64,000 nucleotides of DNA from an uncultured Bacteroidales bacterium (GCA_963816365.1 CAWFKG010000005.1:351650-415649), one strand, 5' to 3'. Shown: positions 39,357 through 49,739, numbered from the stretch's first letter. Notes: a model not told the origin generated them from the letters alone. Numbers and translations: made by a program.

Positions 39357-40031
39357 ATGCTTTTAGTAAAAAATATTTCAAAATCCTTTATTCAGCGCGG
39401 TTTAGTTCTCGATAATCTTTGTCTTGACGTGGCCGAGGGAGAGACTATCGCCATAATGGGTCCATCGGGTTCGGGGAAAACGACCCTTATGAATATCATA
39501 GGGTTGCTGGATAAGCCCGATTCAGGTGAAATATCTTTCAGAGGTGCTGCAATAGCGGGATTTTCAGAGGATGAATCGGCTGATTACAGGAACAAAAATA
39601 TCGGTTTTGTATTTCAGGACCATCACCTCCTGCCATATCTTACCGTTTCTGAAAATATATACCTCCCGCTTCTGGCTTCAAAGCATTCAAAGGAAGACCT
39701 TTCTGCAAGTCAGGACTATTTGGAGGAACTGATGGAGAAGACCGGCATTTCTGATCTGAAAGACAAATATCCCTTCAGGATATCAGGCGGAGAATCTCAA
39801 CGGGTTGCGCTGGTCAGGGCGTTGGCAAACAAGCCTTCAATCATTCTTGCAGATGAACCAACAGGTTCGCTAGATGCAAGAAATGCAGAAATTCTGGGCG
39901 AACTCCTTGTACGAACGAGTGTAGATTTTGGCAAAACAATCATTCTCGCCACTCATTCAATCAGTCTGGCTAAAAAGATGTCAAAAATATTGTACCTGAA
40001 AGAAGGTGTCCTGAAAGTCTCAGCAGATTAA
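39357..40031 (+). CDS. ABC transporter ATP-binding protein (LolD/MacB-type)
   Basis: GPSGSGKT, ISGGESQR, ILADEPTGSLD, LATHS. Confidence 0.94.
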   Translation: MLLVKNISKSFIQRGLVLDNLCLDVAEGETIAIMGPSGSGKTTLMNIIGLLDKPDSGEISFRGAAIAGFSEDESADYRNKNIGFVFQDHHLLPYLTVSENIYLPLLASKHSKEDLSASQDYLEELMEKTGISDLKDKYPFRISGGESQRVALVRALANKPSIILADEPTGSLDARNAEILGELLVRTSVDFGKTIILATHSISLAKKMSKILYLKEGVLKVSAD

Positions 40032-40047
40032 CAGAACAATTACTATC

Positions 40048-43000
40048 ATGCTAAGCATTAAGTTAGCTATACAATCAATTAAATTCTATAAAAGGCAGGT
40101 TGTAAACCAGGTTCTTATCATCGTTTTGCTGACAGCCGTAATAACCGGTTCACTGCTGACGGGAAGTTCAGTTAAGGAGAGTTTGAGGAGGACAGCTTCC
40201 CACCGCCTGGGCAACGCTGACATTGTGATTAGTTCAGAAAACAGATATTTTAGTCGTGACCTTGGTATAAGAATGCATGCAAAATCAGGTATTTCAAGCA
40301 CAGGATTGCTGGAAACCAAAGGTTACTGTCAGGTACTGAATAATCAGAAGGGTTCATTCAATACAAATATTTACGGTATCACGAAGGATTTTTTTGGTTT
40401 CCAGGGATTTGATACAATAAATCTGAAGCCGGGAGAAATTATTATTAACAGCAAGCTGGCCGGTATACTCGGAGCTAAGCAGGGTGACGACATTATGATT
40501 CGTTACAAAGAGATAAGCTACATACCTTCTGATGCTCCTTTTGCTCCTTCAAAAGATGAAAGTAAATCACTTGTGATGAAGATCGGACGTATACTGCCAC
40601 CTGATCAGATTGGCAGCTTTTCATTGTCAATCAGTCAGATCACACCTTCGAATATTTTTGTGAACCTCTCCGATCTGGAAGATACTCCGGATAATTCACT
40701 GAAGATTAACCGACTGCTTATAAAGCAAATAAGTTCGAATTCGGTGAAGAAGGTATCGCAGGAATTGAAAACCTCATTGAGGCTTTCCGATATCGGACTA
40801 AAGTTAAGAAAGGTGGCAAAGACCGGGGAGTATGAACTTATATCTGACAGGATATTTATAGATAAATCAATTATTAATGAGATTGATAAGATTCTCCCGA
40901 ATTCCTCTCCTGTCATCACTTACCTTGGAAACAAGTTTGTTGCTGGCTCTGAATTTACCCCCTATTCATTTGTTTCAGCTTTACCTGCAGCACTTTATCC
41001 TGAAATCCCTGGTGATAACGGAATGATAATAAACAGGTGGATGGCAGAAGATCTTTCAGCTGGTGTTGGCGATACAATTCAAATTTACTGGTATTCTCCT
41101 GATTCCCTGAAACAGCTTATTGAAAGAAACAGCAGGTTCATTATAAAGAAAGTTGTTGACATGAAAGGTATCTGGTCGGATTCACTGCTGATGCCTGACT
41201 TTCCCGGGATCTCAGGAAAAGAATCTTGTTCCGGCTGGGATGCTGGGGTAATGATAAAAACCGATGAAATACGGAATAAGGATGAGCAATACTGGAAAAG
41301 ATACAGAGGTACTCCGAAAGCCTTTATAGCTTATGAAAAAGGCAGGGAACTATGGGGCAATAATTTTGGACCTGCTACCGCAGTGCGATATCCTGCTGGA
41401 TTGACTGCCATTCAGATCACCGATAAGCTTGAAGGATCGCTTGATCCTGCGTATATGGGTTTTATTGTCACCGATCTGGCTGATGAATCGCTTAAAGCAG
41501 CAAATACAGGTGTGGATTTCGGTTCTCTTTTTCTAAGCCTTGGTTTTTTTCTCATTGTGGCCTCCCTGGTCCTGTTGTCATTTGCTGCCTCTTCATATTT
41601 CTATTCCAAAAGAGATCACATAAATACATTATTTGCCCTGGGTTTTAAAAACAGGCAGATTTTGCAACTGTTGTTCATGGAAAGTGGATTAATTGCTCTT
41701 ACTGGCTGTTTTGCCGGGGCATTTTCCGGATATCTGGTGACTTTAGCAATTGCAGGTGCTCTCAATTCAGTCTGGAAGGGAGCCGTTCAGACAGATACGA
41801 TTGGCGCATTCTTTAACTTACTGCCAATTAGCTATGGCTTTCTCTTAACATTTTTTACGATAATGACGCTGATGTTTGTTAAGATAAAGCGATATCTCAA
41901 CCGATTGACCATAAGCCGAATGGAGAAATATACAATTCCCTCGGCAGCTCAGAATGCCATCCTGGTTTCAGTTTCAGCAATCATAACTGTTTCTCTGTTT
42001 ATAATGGCTTCAAAATTCAGCAGCCTGCGAATGCTATTTTCTTTTTCGGCCGGTGCAATGCTTCTGATTACACTGATGCTTTCATGGAGACAGTATTTTG
42101 TAAGCAGAACTGTTAGGTCCCGGATTTCAATTAAGAACAGGAAGCAACTGTCACATTTATACTATTCATTCAACCCTTCAATTGCGGTCACTCCTATTCT
42201 ATTTATCGCTGCCGGCATTTTTACGGTTTTTATAACCGGGGCCAACAGAATGAATTTCAATGAAAAACAAATGAACAAGTCGGGAGGTACCGGCGGATAT
42301 TTGCTTTGGTGTGAAAGTTCAGTTCCTGTAATGGCAGATCCTAATACCCTTCCGGGAAGGAAAACTCTTGGATTCGACAGTGATCAGCTGTCCGGAATGA
42401 GCTTTGTCCTCCTCAAAAGATCTGCTGGCAACGATGCAAGTTGCCTTAACCTTAATCACATAATGTCACCACCTATCCTTGGAGTTGATCCTGAGGTGTT
42501 CATAAAAAATAAATCATTCTCATTTGCAGGTTCCGTTGCCGTGAAAAAGCTGGCCAACCCCTGGGAATACCTGAATCTTCCGCCGATGCACAACACTATA
42601 TATGGCATTGCAGATCAGACGGTTCTTGATTGGGGACTAAAGATAAAAACAGGAGATACACTAGTCATGAGAGCCGAGAATGGTCAGCTGCTGAACATAA
42701 TTATTGCAGCAGGTCTGCAATCTTCTGTATTTCAGGGTAATGTATTGATTGGCGTGCGCAATTTCACAATATTCTACCCTTCCGTGCCGGGAAGTCAGGT
42801 GATGCTCGTAGACGGTGACAGGTCATTGATCGATATATACAAAAACTCTATTGCTGAACGATTGGAGAATTATGGGATGGATATTGAAAAAACATCTGAT
42901 CGTCTTGCTTCATTTTATCAGGTTACCAATACCTATCTTTCAGTATTTGGAATATTCGGCGCCCTTGGAATGGTGATAGGTATCGCCGGACTTGGATTTG

Positions 43001-43308
43001 TTCTGCTGAGAAATTATAACCAGCGAAAACATGAATTTGCCCTGCTTCTTGCTACAGGGTTTCATATAAAACAGATACGACAAATGATTCTCAGTGATCA
43101 GGTTCTGATACTCTTTGCCGGAGTATCATCCGGTATCATTTCTGCTATTGCTGCAACTTCGGTTTCGATACAGAGCAACCCGGGCATACCATGGCTGTTT
43201 CTGATCATCATGATACTGGCAATTCTTGCAACAGGCATAGTTGCCTTGTTATTGTCGGTACGGTCTGTAACAAGGACTTCCTTAATATCGAGCTTAAAGA
43301 ATGAATAG
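40048..43308 (+). CDS. Large FtsX/MacB-type ABC permease (1086 aa)
   Basis: AVITGSLLTGSSV, two TM blocks with LFALGF and RKHEFALLLATGF motifs, large extracytoplasmic domains with SCSGWD and DASCLNL. Confidence 0.85.
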   Translation: MLSIKLAIQSIKFYKRQVVNQVLIIVLLTAVITGSLLTGSSVKESLRRTASHRLGNADIVISSENRYFSRDLGIRMHAKSGISSTGLLETKGYCQVLNNQKGSFNTNIYGITKDFFGFQGFDTINLKPGEIIINSKLAGILGAKQGDDIMIRYKEISYIPSDAPFAPSKDESKSLVMKIGRILPPDQIGSFSLSISQITPSNIFVNLSDLEDTPDNSLKINRLLIKQISSNSVKKVSQELKTSLRLSDIGLKLRKVAKTGEYELISDRIFIDKSIINEIDKILPNSSPVITYLGNKFVAGSEFTPYSFVSALPAALYPEIPGDNGMIINRWMAEDLSAGVGDTIQIYWYSPDSLKQLIERNSRFIIKKVVDMKGIWSDSLLMPDFPGISGKESCSGWDAGVMIKTDEIRNKDEQYWKRYRGTPKAFIAYEKGRELWGNNFGPATAVRYPAGLTAIQITDKLEGSLDPAYMGFIVTDLADESLKAANTGVDFGSLFLSLGFFLIVASLVLLSFAASSYFYSKRDHINTLFALGFKNRQILQLLFMESGLIALTGCFAGAFSGYLVTLAIAGALNSVWKGAVQTDTIGAFFNLLPISYGFLLTFFTIMTLMFVKIKRYLNRLTISRMEKYTIPSAAQNAILVSVSAIITVSLFIMASKFSSLRMLFSFSAGAMLLITLMLSWRQYFVSRTVRSRISIKNRKQLSHLYYSFNPSIAVTPILFIAAGIFTVFITGANRMNFNEKQMNKSGGTGGYLLWCESSVPVMADPNTLPGRKTLGFDSDQLSGMSFVLLKRSAGNDASCLNLNHIMSPPILGVDPEVFIKNKSFSFAGSVAVKKLANPWEYLNLPPMHNTIYGIADQTVLDWGLKIKTGDTLVMRAENGQLLNIIIAAGLQSSVFQGNVLIGVRNFTIFYPSVPGSQVMLVDGDRSLIDIYKNSIAERLENYGMDIEKTSDRLASFYQVTNTYLSVFGIFGALGMVIGIAGLGFVLLRNYNQRKHEFALLLATGFHIKQIRQMILSDQVLILFAGVSSGIISAIAATSVSIQSNPGIPWLFLIIMILAILATGIVALLLSVRSVTRTSLISSLKNE

Positions 43309-43314
43309 TGATGA

Positions 43315-44673
43315 TCACTTTTTCCCCACCCCGACAAGATACTTCTGAGTTCTGAAAATAATCATGCCATCTGTAATTGCCGGAGCAGTCATACAGGTGT
43401 CATTCATAGGTATTTCAGCCAGAAGCTTAAAACTTTCACCGTCCTGTAAAACATATATTGTTCCCGCCTCATCTACAACATATATTTTACCGTCTGAGGC
43501 GACAGGAGAAGCGATAAAGCTGTTTGCCTTACCAAGCTTTGCATTATAGATCTCTTTTCCGGTAAGTGGGTCGAGACAAATAATGGTCCCATTCCAGTTT
43601 ACATTATAGAGGTGATTCTTATACAGCAGCAAGGTATGCATATACGAACCACCCCTGGGCAGGCTCCATTTTATATATTCATTGGATGTTTCTGTTTCTT
43701 TCAGGGTAATATCTCCGACAGCATTTGTCTTAACCGCTATTATAGGTGAATATCGCCCGTGTGCGCTATTAAAGTATATCAGGTCATTTCCTACAATTGG
43801 CGTCGGTATCTGTATATCTCCGCCACCTGACATTTTCCAGACTTCTTTTCCTGTTTCAAAATCATATCCGCCTCTGTTTTTATATCCATTAAGTGCAACA
43901 TAGGTCTTGCCGGCGTTTGTATAGATATTCGGAGTACACCATCCGGGATACTCATCACGTTGCGTTTTCCAGAGCTCTTTTCCTGTTTTAACGTTGTAGG
44001 CAGCAACAAAAGAGTTCTCAAGAACATCGCACTGGACGATCAGCACACCTTTATATATAACAGGAGAACTGGCAAATTCCCATTCTGCAGATTTTACTGC
44101 AAAGAAAACGGACCGCAGCAGTCCGAAGTTTTTCTGCCATACAAGATTGCCTTTCATGTCATAGCAAAAAAGGCCTTCAGACCCAAAAAAAGCAACGACG
44201 TACTTTCCATCAGTGGCGACTGAGGTGTTTGCATGGGTTGATTTTGGATGACGTTTCATCCTGGGTATTCCTTTAAATGAGGTTCTCTCCCAAAGGGTCT
44301 TCCCGGTATTTTTATCAATGCAAAATACTTTCCATTCGTGCACAGATGAGTCTTTTACCGGAGTAATGTCGCCATAAATACCGGGCTTGAATCCTGCTTT
44401 ATCAGCCTGACCGATAGCACTTGTTATGAATATTTTATTATCCCATATCACCGGGCTGGATAGTCCGAGACCAGGTATTTCCCTCTTCCACCTTACGTTG
44501 ATCATGTTGAGTATGTCGAAGGATTCGGGAAGGTTTGCATTATCGAGAACGCCGGAAGAGAAATTCCCTCGATAAGAGGTCCATTGCCTGTCAGGATTAA
44601 CCTGACCGGATGTCTCAATGACCGAAAAACCTATAAATGAAAATAATAGTACAAATGCCAGGTACTTTTTCAT
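43315..44673 (-). CDS. PQQ_2-like beta-propeller protein 5
   Basis: Signal peptide, QWTSYRG, IPGLGLSSPVIW, TPNIY, APAITDGMIIFRTQKYL. Confidence 0.88.
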   Translation of the reverse strand: MKKYLAFVLLFSFIGFSVIETSGQVNPDRQWTSYRGNFSSGVLDNANLPESFDILNMINVRWKREIPGLGLSSPVIWDNKIFITSAIGQADKAGFKPGIYGDITPVKDSSVHEWKVFCIDKNTGKTLWERTSFKGIPRMKRHPKSTHANTSVATDGKYVVAFFGSEGLFCYDMKGNLVWQKNFGLLRSVFFAVKSAEWEFASSPVIYKGVLIVQCDVLENSFVAAYNVKTGKELWKTQRDEYPGWCTPNIYTNAGKTYVALNGYKNRGGYDFETGKEVWKMSGGGDIQIPTPIVGNDLIYFNSAHGRYSPIIAVKTNAVGDITLKETETSNEYIKWSLPRGGSYMHTLLLYKNHLYNVNWNGTIICLDPLTGKEIYNAKLGKANSFIASPVASDGKIYVVDEAGTIYVLQDGESFKLLAEIPMNDTCMTAPAITDGMIIFRTQKYLVGVGKK

Positions 44674-44675
44674 GA

Positions 44676-46037
44676 TTAATTATTTTTTCCTACGGCGAAA
44701 AGATATTTCTGAGTTCGGAAGAATATCATACCATCAGTAATCGCCGGAGCTGTTAAGCATACGTCATTCAGAGGTATCTCAGCGAGTTTCTTAAAGGTTG
44801 AACCATCCTTAATAATATAAACTGTTCCATGTTCGTCAACAATGTACAGTTTTCCATCTGATGCTACCGGCGAAGCGATGAAGCTTTGCGCATTTCCTAA
44901 TTTTGCATTATAAATCACATGACCGGTCCCTGCATCGAAACAAACAATAGTACCGTTCCAGTTGACATTATAAAGATGATCACGGTAGAGAAGTAAAGAA
45001 TGGATGTAGGATCCTCCACGCGGAATACTCCATTTAACATATTCATTGAGAATGCCTGTCGGTTTTAGAGTAATATCGCCGGAAGCATTGGTTTTAATAG
45101 CATAAATAGGTGAAGAAGGCCCATGCGCACTGTTAAAGTAGATCAGGTTCTTCCCCACAATCGGCGTAGGAATTGGAACATCGCCCCCACCTGACATCCG
45201 CCAGATTTCTGTTCCAGTCTCAAAGTCATATCCGCCTCGATGTTTGTAGCCGTTAACAGCTATACGTGTTTTATCTCCGTCCTTATAAATGTTTGGTGTA
45301 CACCATCCAGGATATTCATCTCTGCTTGTTTTCCACAATTCCTTCCCTGTCCTGAGATCATAAGCTGCTATAAAGGAATTTTCCAGTACATCGCACTGTA
45401 TGATAAGAACGCCATTATATATTATTGGAGAGCTTGCGAACTCCCATTCAGCGGCAACGTAATCAAATGCAACAGATTTAAGAATACCGAAATTCTTTTT
45501 CCAGATTAGATTACCCTTATGATCATAACAATATAAACCCTCAGATCCGAAAAAAGCAACAGCATAACTGCCATCAGTTGCTATTGATGCATTGGCATGA
45601 GTCGATTTCGGATGTCGTCTGATTTTAGGAATTCCTGTATATGCTACCCTTTCCCAAATTGTTTTACCGGAATTTTTATCGATACAGAAGACTTTCCAGT
45701 CATGAACTGAGCTGTCCTGAACCGGCATACCATCTCCGTAAATGCCAGTCTTTATTCCCTGTTTATCTGATTTACTGACTGCACTGGTAATAAATAATTT
45801 ATTGCCCCAGATTACAGGGCTCGACAAGCCCAGCCCAGGTATCGTGATTTTCCATCTTACATTAATCGTTTTTTGAATGTCAAATGAATCAGGAAGGTTT
45901 GCATTATCAAGGACACCTGATGCCATATATCCCCGAAATCCGGGCCATTGTCGTTCAGATAATATTTGTCCGTCGATATTTACTGTAAGAGTTAATAATA
46001 CAATAATCAGTCCGGAAGACAGAAGATTTAATCTCAT
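44676..46037 (-). CDS. PQQ_2-like beta-propeller protein 6 (tandem paralog of 43315)
   Basis: QWPGFRG, IPGLGLSSPVIW; long blocks identical to the neighbouring gene. Confidence 0.88.
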   Translation of the reverse strand: MRLNLLSSGLIIVLLTLTVNIDGQILSERQWPGFRGYMASGVLDNANLPDSFDIQKTINVRWKITIPGLGLSSPVIWGNKLFITSAVSKSDKQGIKTGIYGDGMPVQDSSVHDWKVFCIDKNSGKTIWERVAYTGIPKIRRHPKSTHANASIATDGSYAVAFFGSEGLYCYDHKGNLIWKKNFGILKSVAFDYVAAEWEFASSPIIYNGVLIIQCDVLENSFIAAYDLRTGKELWKTSRDEYPGWCTPNIYKDGDKTRIAVNGYKHRGGYDFETGTEIWRMSGGGDVPIPTPIVGKNLIYFNSAHGPSSPIYAIKTNASGDITLKPTGILNEYVKWSIPRGGSYIHSLLLYRDHLYNVNWNGTIVCFDAGTGHVIYNAKLGNAQSFIASPVASDGKLYIVDEHGTVYIIKDGSTFKKLAEIPLNDVCLTAPAITDGMIFFRTQKYLFAVGKNN

Positions 46038-46065
46038 AGTATTATGGGGATTTTAAGAATCCAGT

Positions 46066-47463
46066 CTATTTCTTATTTGTCAGCTTTCCATTATTCATCC
46101 ATAACGTCACACGGCCCATTCTGTCGAATGGCGGATAGGCATGCATATCTCCAGTCACAAAATCCATTAATCCGTCATTATTGAAATCACCCATTTCGAG
46201 AGTTAAAATATGAGTGGGAGAATTTGCTATATTATGAACGACATATTGCATGTTTCCTGTGTTCTCCAGCCAGATAAAACTTTGAGATTCAGGCTTATCC
46301 CACAAGTTAAATGCGCTAACGCAAAATATGTCCAGATCGCCATCATTATCTATATCAACCGGCCGTGCATTATAAGCTCCTATGAAATTGCAGATCCTGT
46401 GGAATTCAAACTTAAGGTTACCCTTGTTTTCAAGCCATTGAACTCCATGCCAGGGTTTACCTCTTGGCGGAATGTAATCAAATGCATCTCCGTTAGTATA
46501 TAGTATATCGTCATCACCATCTTTATCAAGATCGCAGATATAAATCCCGCTGGAACCAAAGTCTTCATTATCAGAGCCCCATATCAGCTTTGATGTAAAA
46601 TTCCCTTTCCCGTCATTAATAAAACCATAGATCTCCTCCCACTCCTGGCTGACAAGTGAAATTATGTCGAGATCACCATCTTTATCAATATCGACAGGAA
46701 TGACATTAATAGGACCTGAGAGATTCTGCAGGACATGGCTTTTGAATTGCCAGTTTCCCAGGTTCTCAAGCCATTGTGTTTCACCATCATCATATCCGAA
46801 TTGTGCAAGTGCAAGATCAAGATCTCCATCCTTATCAAAATCCCCAGCCCTGACATCTGAAACACGAGCCGTCTTTTCGATAGCTACATGTTTTTTAAAA
46901 TGATTCTTCCCGTCGTTTTCGAGAATAACAACTGAGCCTATTTTATCATTACTTGGGAATATCAGTCCCAGAACTGCAACCAGGATGTCGTTATCACCAT
47001 CCTTGTCAAAATCAACTACCTGAACATGAGCCGGGGCATTCAGGCTATCTGCAATGACTGTTTCTGTGAATACGCCGGCCGGATATTGTCTTATCCAGTT
47101 AACCGAGTTACTTCTGCAATCACAAACGATTATGTCCATTAAACCGTCTTTATCAAGGTCGGCTGCTTCAACATTTGATATCATCGGAGCTTCAGTAAAC
47201 TTCTGACCTACAGGCATCGGGTTTAGAAAATCTATTTTTGCTCCCACAGTGTTGGCTTTGAGCTCTACAGATTCCTTGTTTTTTGCACCTGATTTATTTA
47301 TAATCCGGTTCATGACTTCCCTCCGGGTCATACCTTTTTGTTTGGCCTGGTAACTGATCAACAGATACGGGATTCCAATAATAAGAAATAACACTATAAC
47401 TAATAAAATAAGGTTTTTCAGACCCTTTTTACGATTTCCCGGAGAAGGTTTATTTTTTGCCAT
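46066..47463 (-). CDS. FG-GAP/VCBS repeat beta-propeller, membrane-anchored
   Basis: Seven Ca-binding DxDxDGxxD loops (DLDKDGLMD, DFDKDGDND, DFDKDGDLD, DIDKDGDLD, DLDKDGDDD, DIDNDGDLD, DFNNDGLMD). Confidence 0.88.
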   Translation of the reverse strand: MAKNKPSPGNRKKGLKNLILLVIVLFLIIGIPYLLISYQAKQKGMTRREVMNRIINKSGAKNKESVELKANTVGAKIDFLNPMPVGQKFTEAPMISNVEAADLDKDGLMDIIVCDCRSNSVNWIRQYPAGVFTETVIADSLNAPAHVQVVDFDKDGDNDILVAVLGLIFPSNDKIGSVVILENDGKNHFKKHVAIEKTARVSDVRAGDFDKDGDLDLALAQFGYDDGETQWLENLGNWQFKSHVLQNLSGPINVIPVDIDKDGDLDIISLVSQEWEEIYGFINDGKGNFTSKLIWGSDNEDFGSSGIYICDLDKDGDDDILYTNGDAFDYIPPRGKPWHGVQWLENKGNLKFEFHRICNFIGAYNARPVDIDNDGDLDIFCVSAFNLWDKPESQSFIWLENTGNMQYVVHNIANSPTHILTLEMGDFNNDGLMDFVTGDMHAYPPFDRMGRVTLWMNNGKLTNKK

Positions 47464-47625
47464 AAGCTGTATTTAGTATTAGGGAGAAGAAAATATTAAC
47501 CTCAAAAATAATCTAAATGTGCTTTATGACAGCATCGTATTGAAATAAATTAATTATTATTGAAAATTGAAGAATTCTCTTTTGGGATTTGTGGAAATCA
47601 GAAAATTTTATGTTATTGTTCTAAT

Positions 47626-49573
47626 ATGAAAGTCACCGGAAGGCATATTCTTAATCTATTAATAATCTTTGGGTTTGGACTGGTTTCAGCTTTGATATGC
47701 CAATCATTCACTGAAAAACCAACCAGCCGCCATATTCATATAAGAAGTTTCCGGTATGGAAAGGATCCGTATGTAATAAAATGCAACAGAGGGTGATACG
47801 CTAATTCTGACCTTTTCAACTGATGACACCGGGCATTCATTTTTTCTTCAGGAATTTGATAAAGATGTTAAGATCACTCCCTCCAGTGATGAAGTAGCAG
47901 TTTTTAAGACAAGTGATCCTTCTGCTCAACCTCTTCTTGAAAAAGAAGTTACAATTGTAGCCAGGCATCCTGGTATCAGTAATTATATAGTATCGAAAAG
48001 CAATTACCGCTGTCATGTATGGTGTGGTCCCATGCATGCTTTTGAACAGGGCAAGCTAATAATATTACCCAATACTTTGCTTGTCTTCAGTCTGGGCAGT
48101 CTCTTCGGAATATTATTTATCTGGCTTGTATCTGTTTTCAGAAATGCAGTTCCGGAAATAAGCAGCAATGATGAGAAAGCCGGCTACAAAGATCTGCTAA
48201 AAAAATCAGGCTTTTTAAAAGGTGTTGCAACATCAAGATATACACAGGCAACGCTTACCATTATTACTATGGTAATGATTTATATCGTAATTCTGACATC
48301 GGTTTTTGGTACCAAAGTGTCAGGCAGAAACCTCGGGGTGCTTTTAATGTGGGCGGTCTGGTTATTTGCCCTGGTAGCAATTATTACTCCATTTTTTGGA
48401 AGATTCTGGTGTACGATCTGTCCTCTGCCTTTTTTCGGAGATCTGATTCAGCGTAAATCATTCTTTAATCCTCTGAAAGGAAAAACAAGAAGCTATAACA
48501 ATAAATTTTCAGGCCTCTTTCTCAAATGGCCCGATTGGTTAAAAAATGACTGGCTTAGATTGCTGGTCTTTCTGGTGCTTGCAACTTTTTCCACGACACT
48601 TGTTGCAACTCCATTTATATCGGGCATCACAGTGCTGATGCTAATGATTGTACCCACGATAATGTCGGGGATCTGGGAACTAAGAGCATTCTGCCGGTAC
48701 GTATGTCCGGTGAGTGTTTTTGTTGCGCCTTTTTCGAGGGTGAGTACTTTATCTCTCCGTAATAAATCACAGGAAGTATGCAATCAGTGCAAACCGCATT
48801 ATTGCGAGAATGGGAATACAAACGGATGGGCATGCCCTTATGGATTGAATGTCGGTGAGATTAAAGAAAATACGGATTGCGGCCTGTGTCTCGAATGTAT
48901 ACGAAGCTGCTCATATAATAATGTCTCACTTTTTGCACGACCCTTTGCATCTGAGATGGGAACGCGTAATCTGAGTGAGGCATGGATGTCAATGGCAACG
49001 TTTACAATATCAATCATTTATAGTATATTGTATCTTGGCCCCTGGCCCGTGGTTCGCGATTATGTGAATATCCTTGACAAGCATAACTGGGGTCTATTCG
49101 GAATATATTCACTGTTAATGTGGACCTCAGTATTGATCATTATTCCAGGAATTATTTATTTTCTGTCCCGGCTTGGCCTCCTCATGGCAGGAATTAAAGT
49201 TGGTGCAAAGGATTTATTTCTGGAATATGCCGGATCTCTTCTTCCTTTTGCCATGATGAACTGGATAGCTTTTGTGATACCGATGCTCTTTGTCAATGTC
49301 ACTTTCATAAAGCAATCAATATCTGATCCTTTTGGCTGGGGATGGGATTTCTTTGGTACGGCTAATACTCCCTGGCATCAGTTCCTGCCGCAGTTTGTTC
49401 CATGGTTTCAGGCATTTGCAGTACTAATTGGATTATACCTTAGCTTAAGGAATATAAGAAGGTCCGGAAAATTTTTGGATTTGAATCAGGCTCAGGTTTT
49501 AAAGGTAAGCTTACCAATCAGTCTGTTTCTATCAGGAGCGGCAGCAGCAATGCTGTTCTTCTTTACAAATTAA
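47626..49573 (+). CDS. CuA-like cupredoxin domain fused to a polytopic 4Fe-4S membrane protein (frameshift near 47792)
   Basis: Removing one G at 47791-47793 joins MKVTGRH...PYVIKCNR to GDTLILTFSTDDTGHSFF...YRCHVWCGPMHAFEQG, which is open into ORF 48032 (WCTICP, FCRYVCP, CNQC..C..CP..CGLCLECIRSC). Confidence 0.82.
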
Positions 49574-49739
49574 TGATTGCGTATAAATTATTTTTGAGTT
49601 CATCCCAGCCTTCCCCCATGGGAGAAAGAGAATCTAAACCTTTCACCCTTGGGGTAAAATTTACTCTTTATTCACATCTTTAATTTAGATTGGAATCATC
49701 AGAATTAATTACCTGAAGTAATTAGAATTACGGGTCATA

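Noticed and set aside
25242-46037. Calling the propellers PQQ-dependent alcohol dehydrogenases or BamB
   Set aside because: The propeller regions are shorter than type I quinoproteins, show no recognisable active-site signature or heme c domain, have no BamB-type lipobox, and there are no pqq genes; only the fold is supported
47794-47796. TGA as a selenocysteine readthrough codon
   Set aside because: The same frame stops again within about 9 codons, and the homologous sequence continues in another frame, so this is a frameshift
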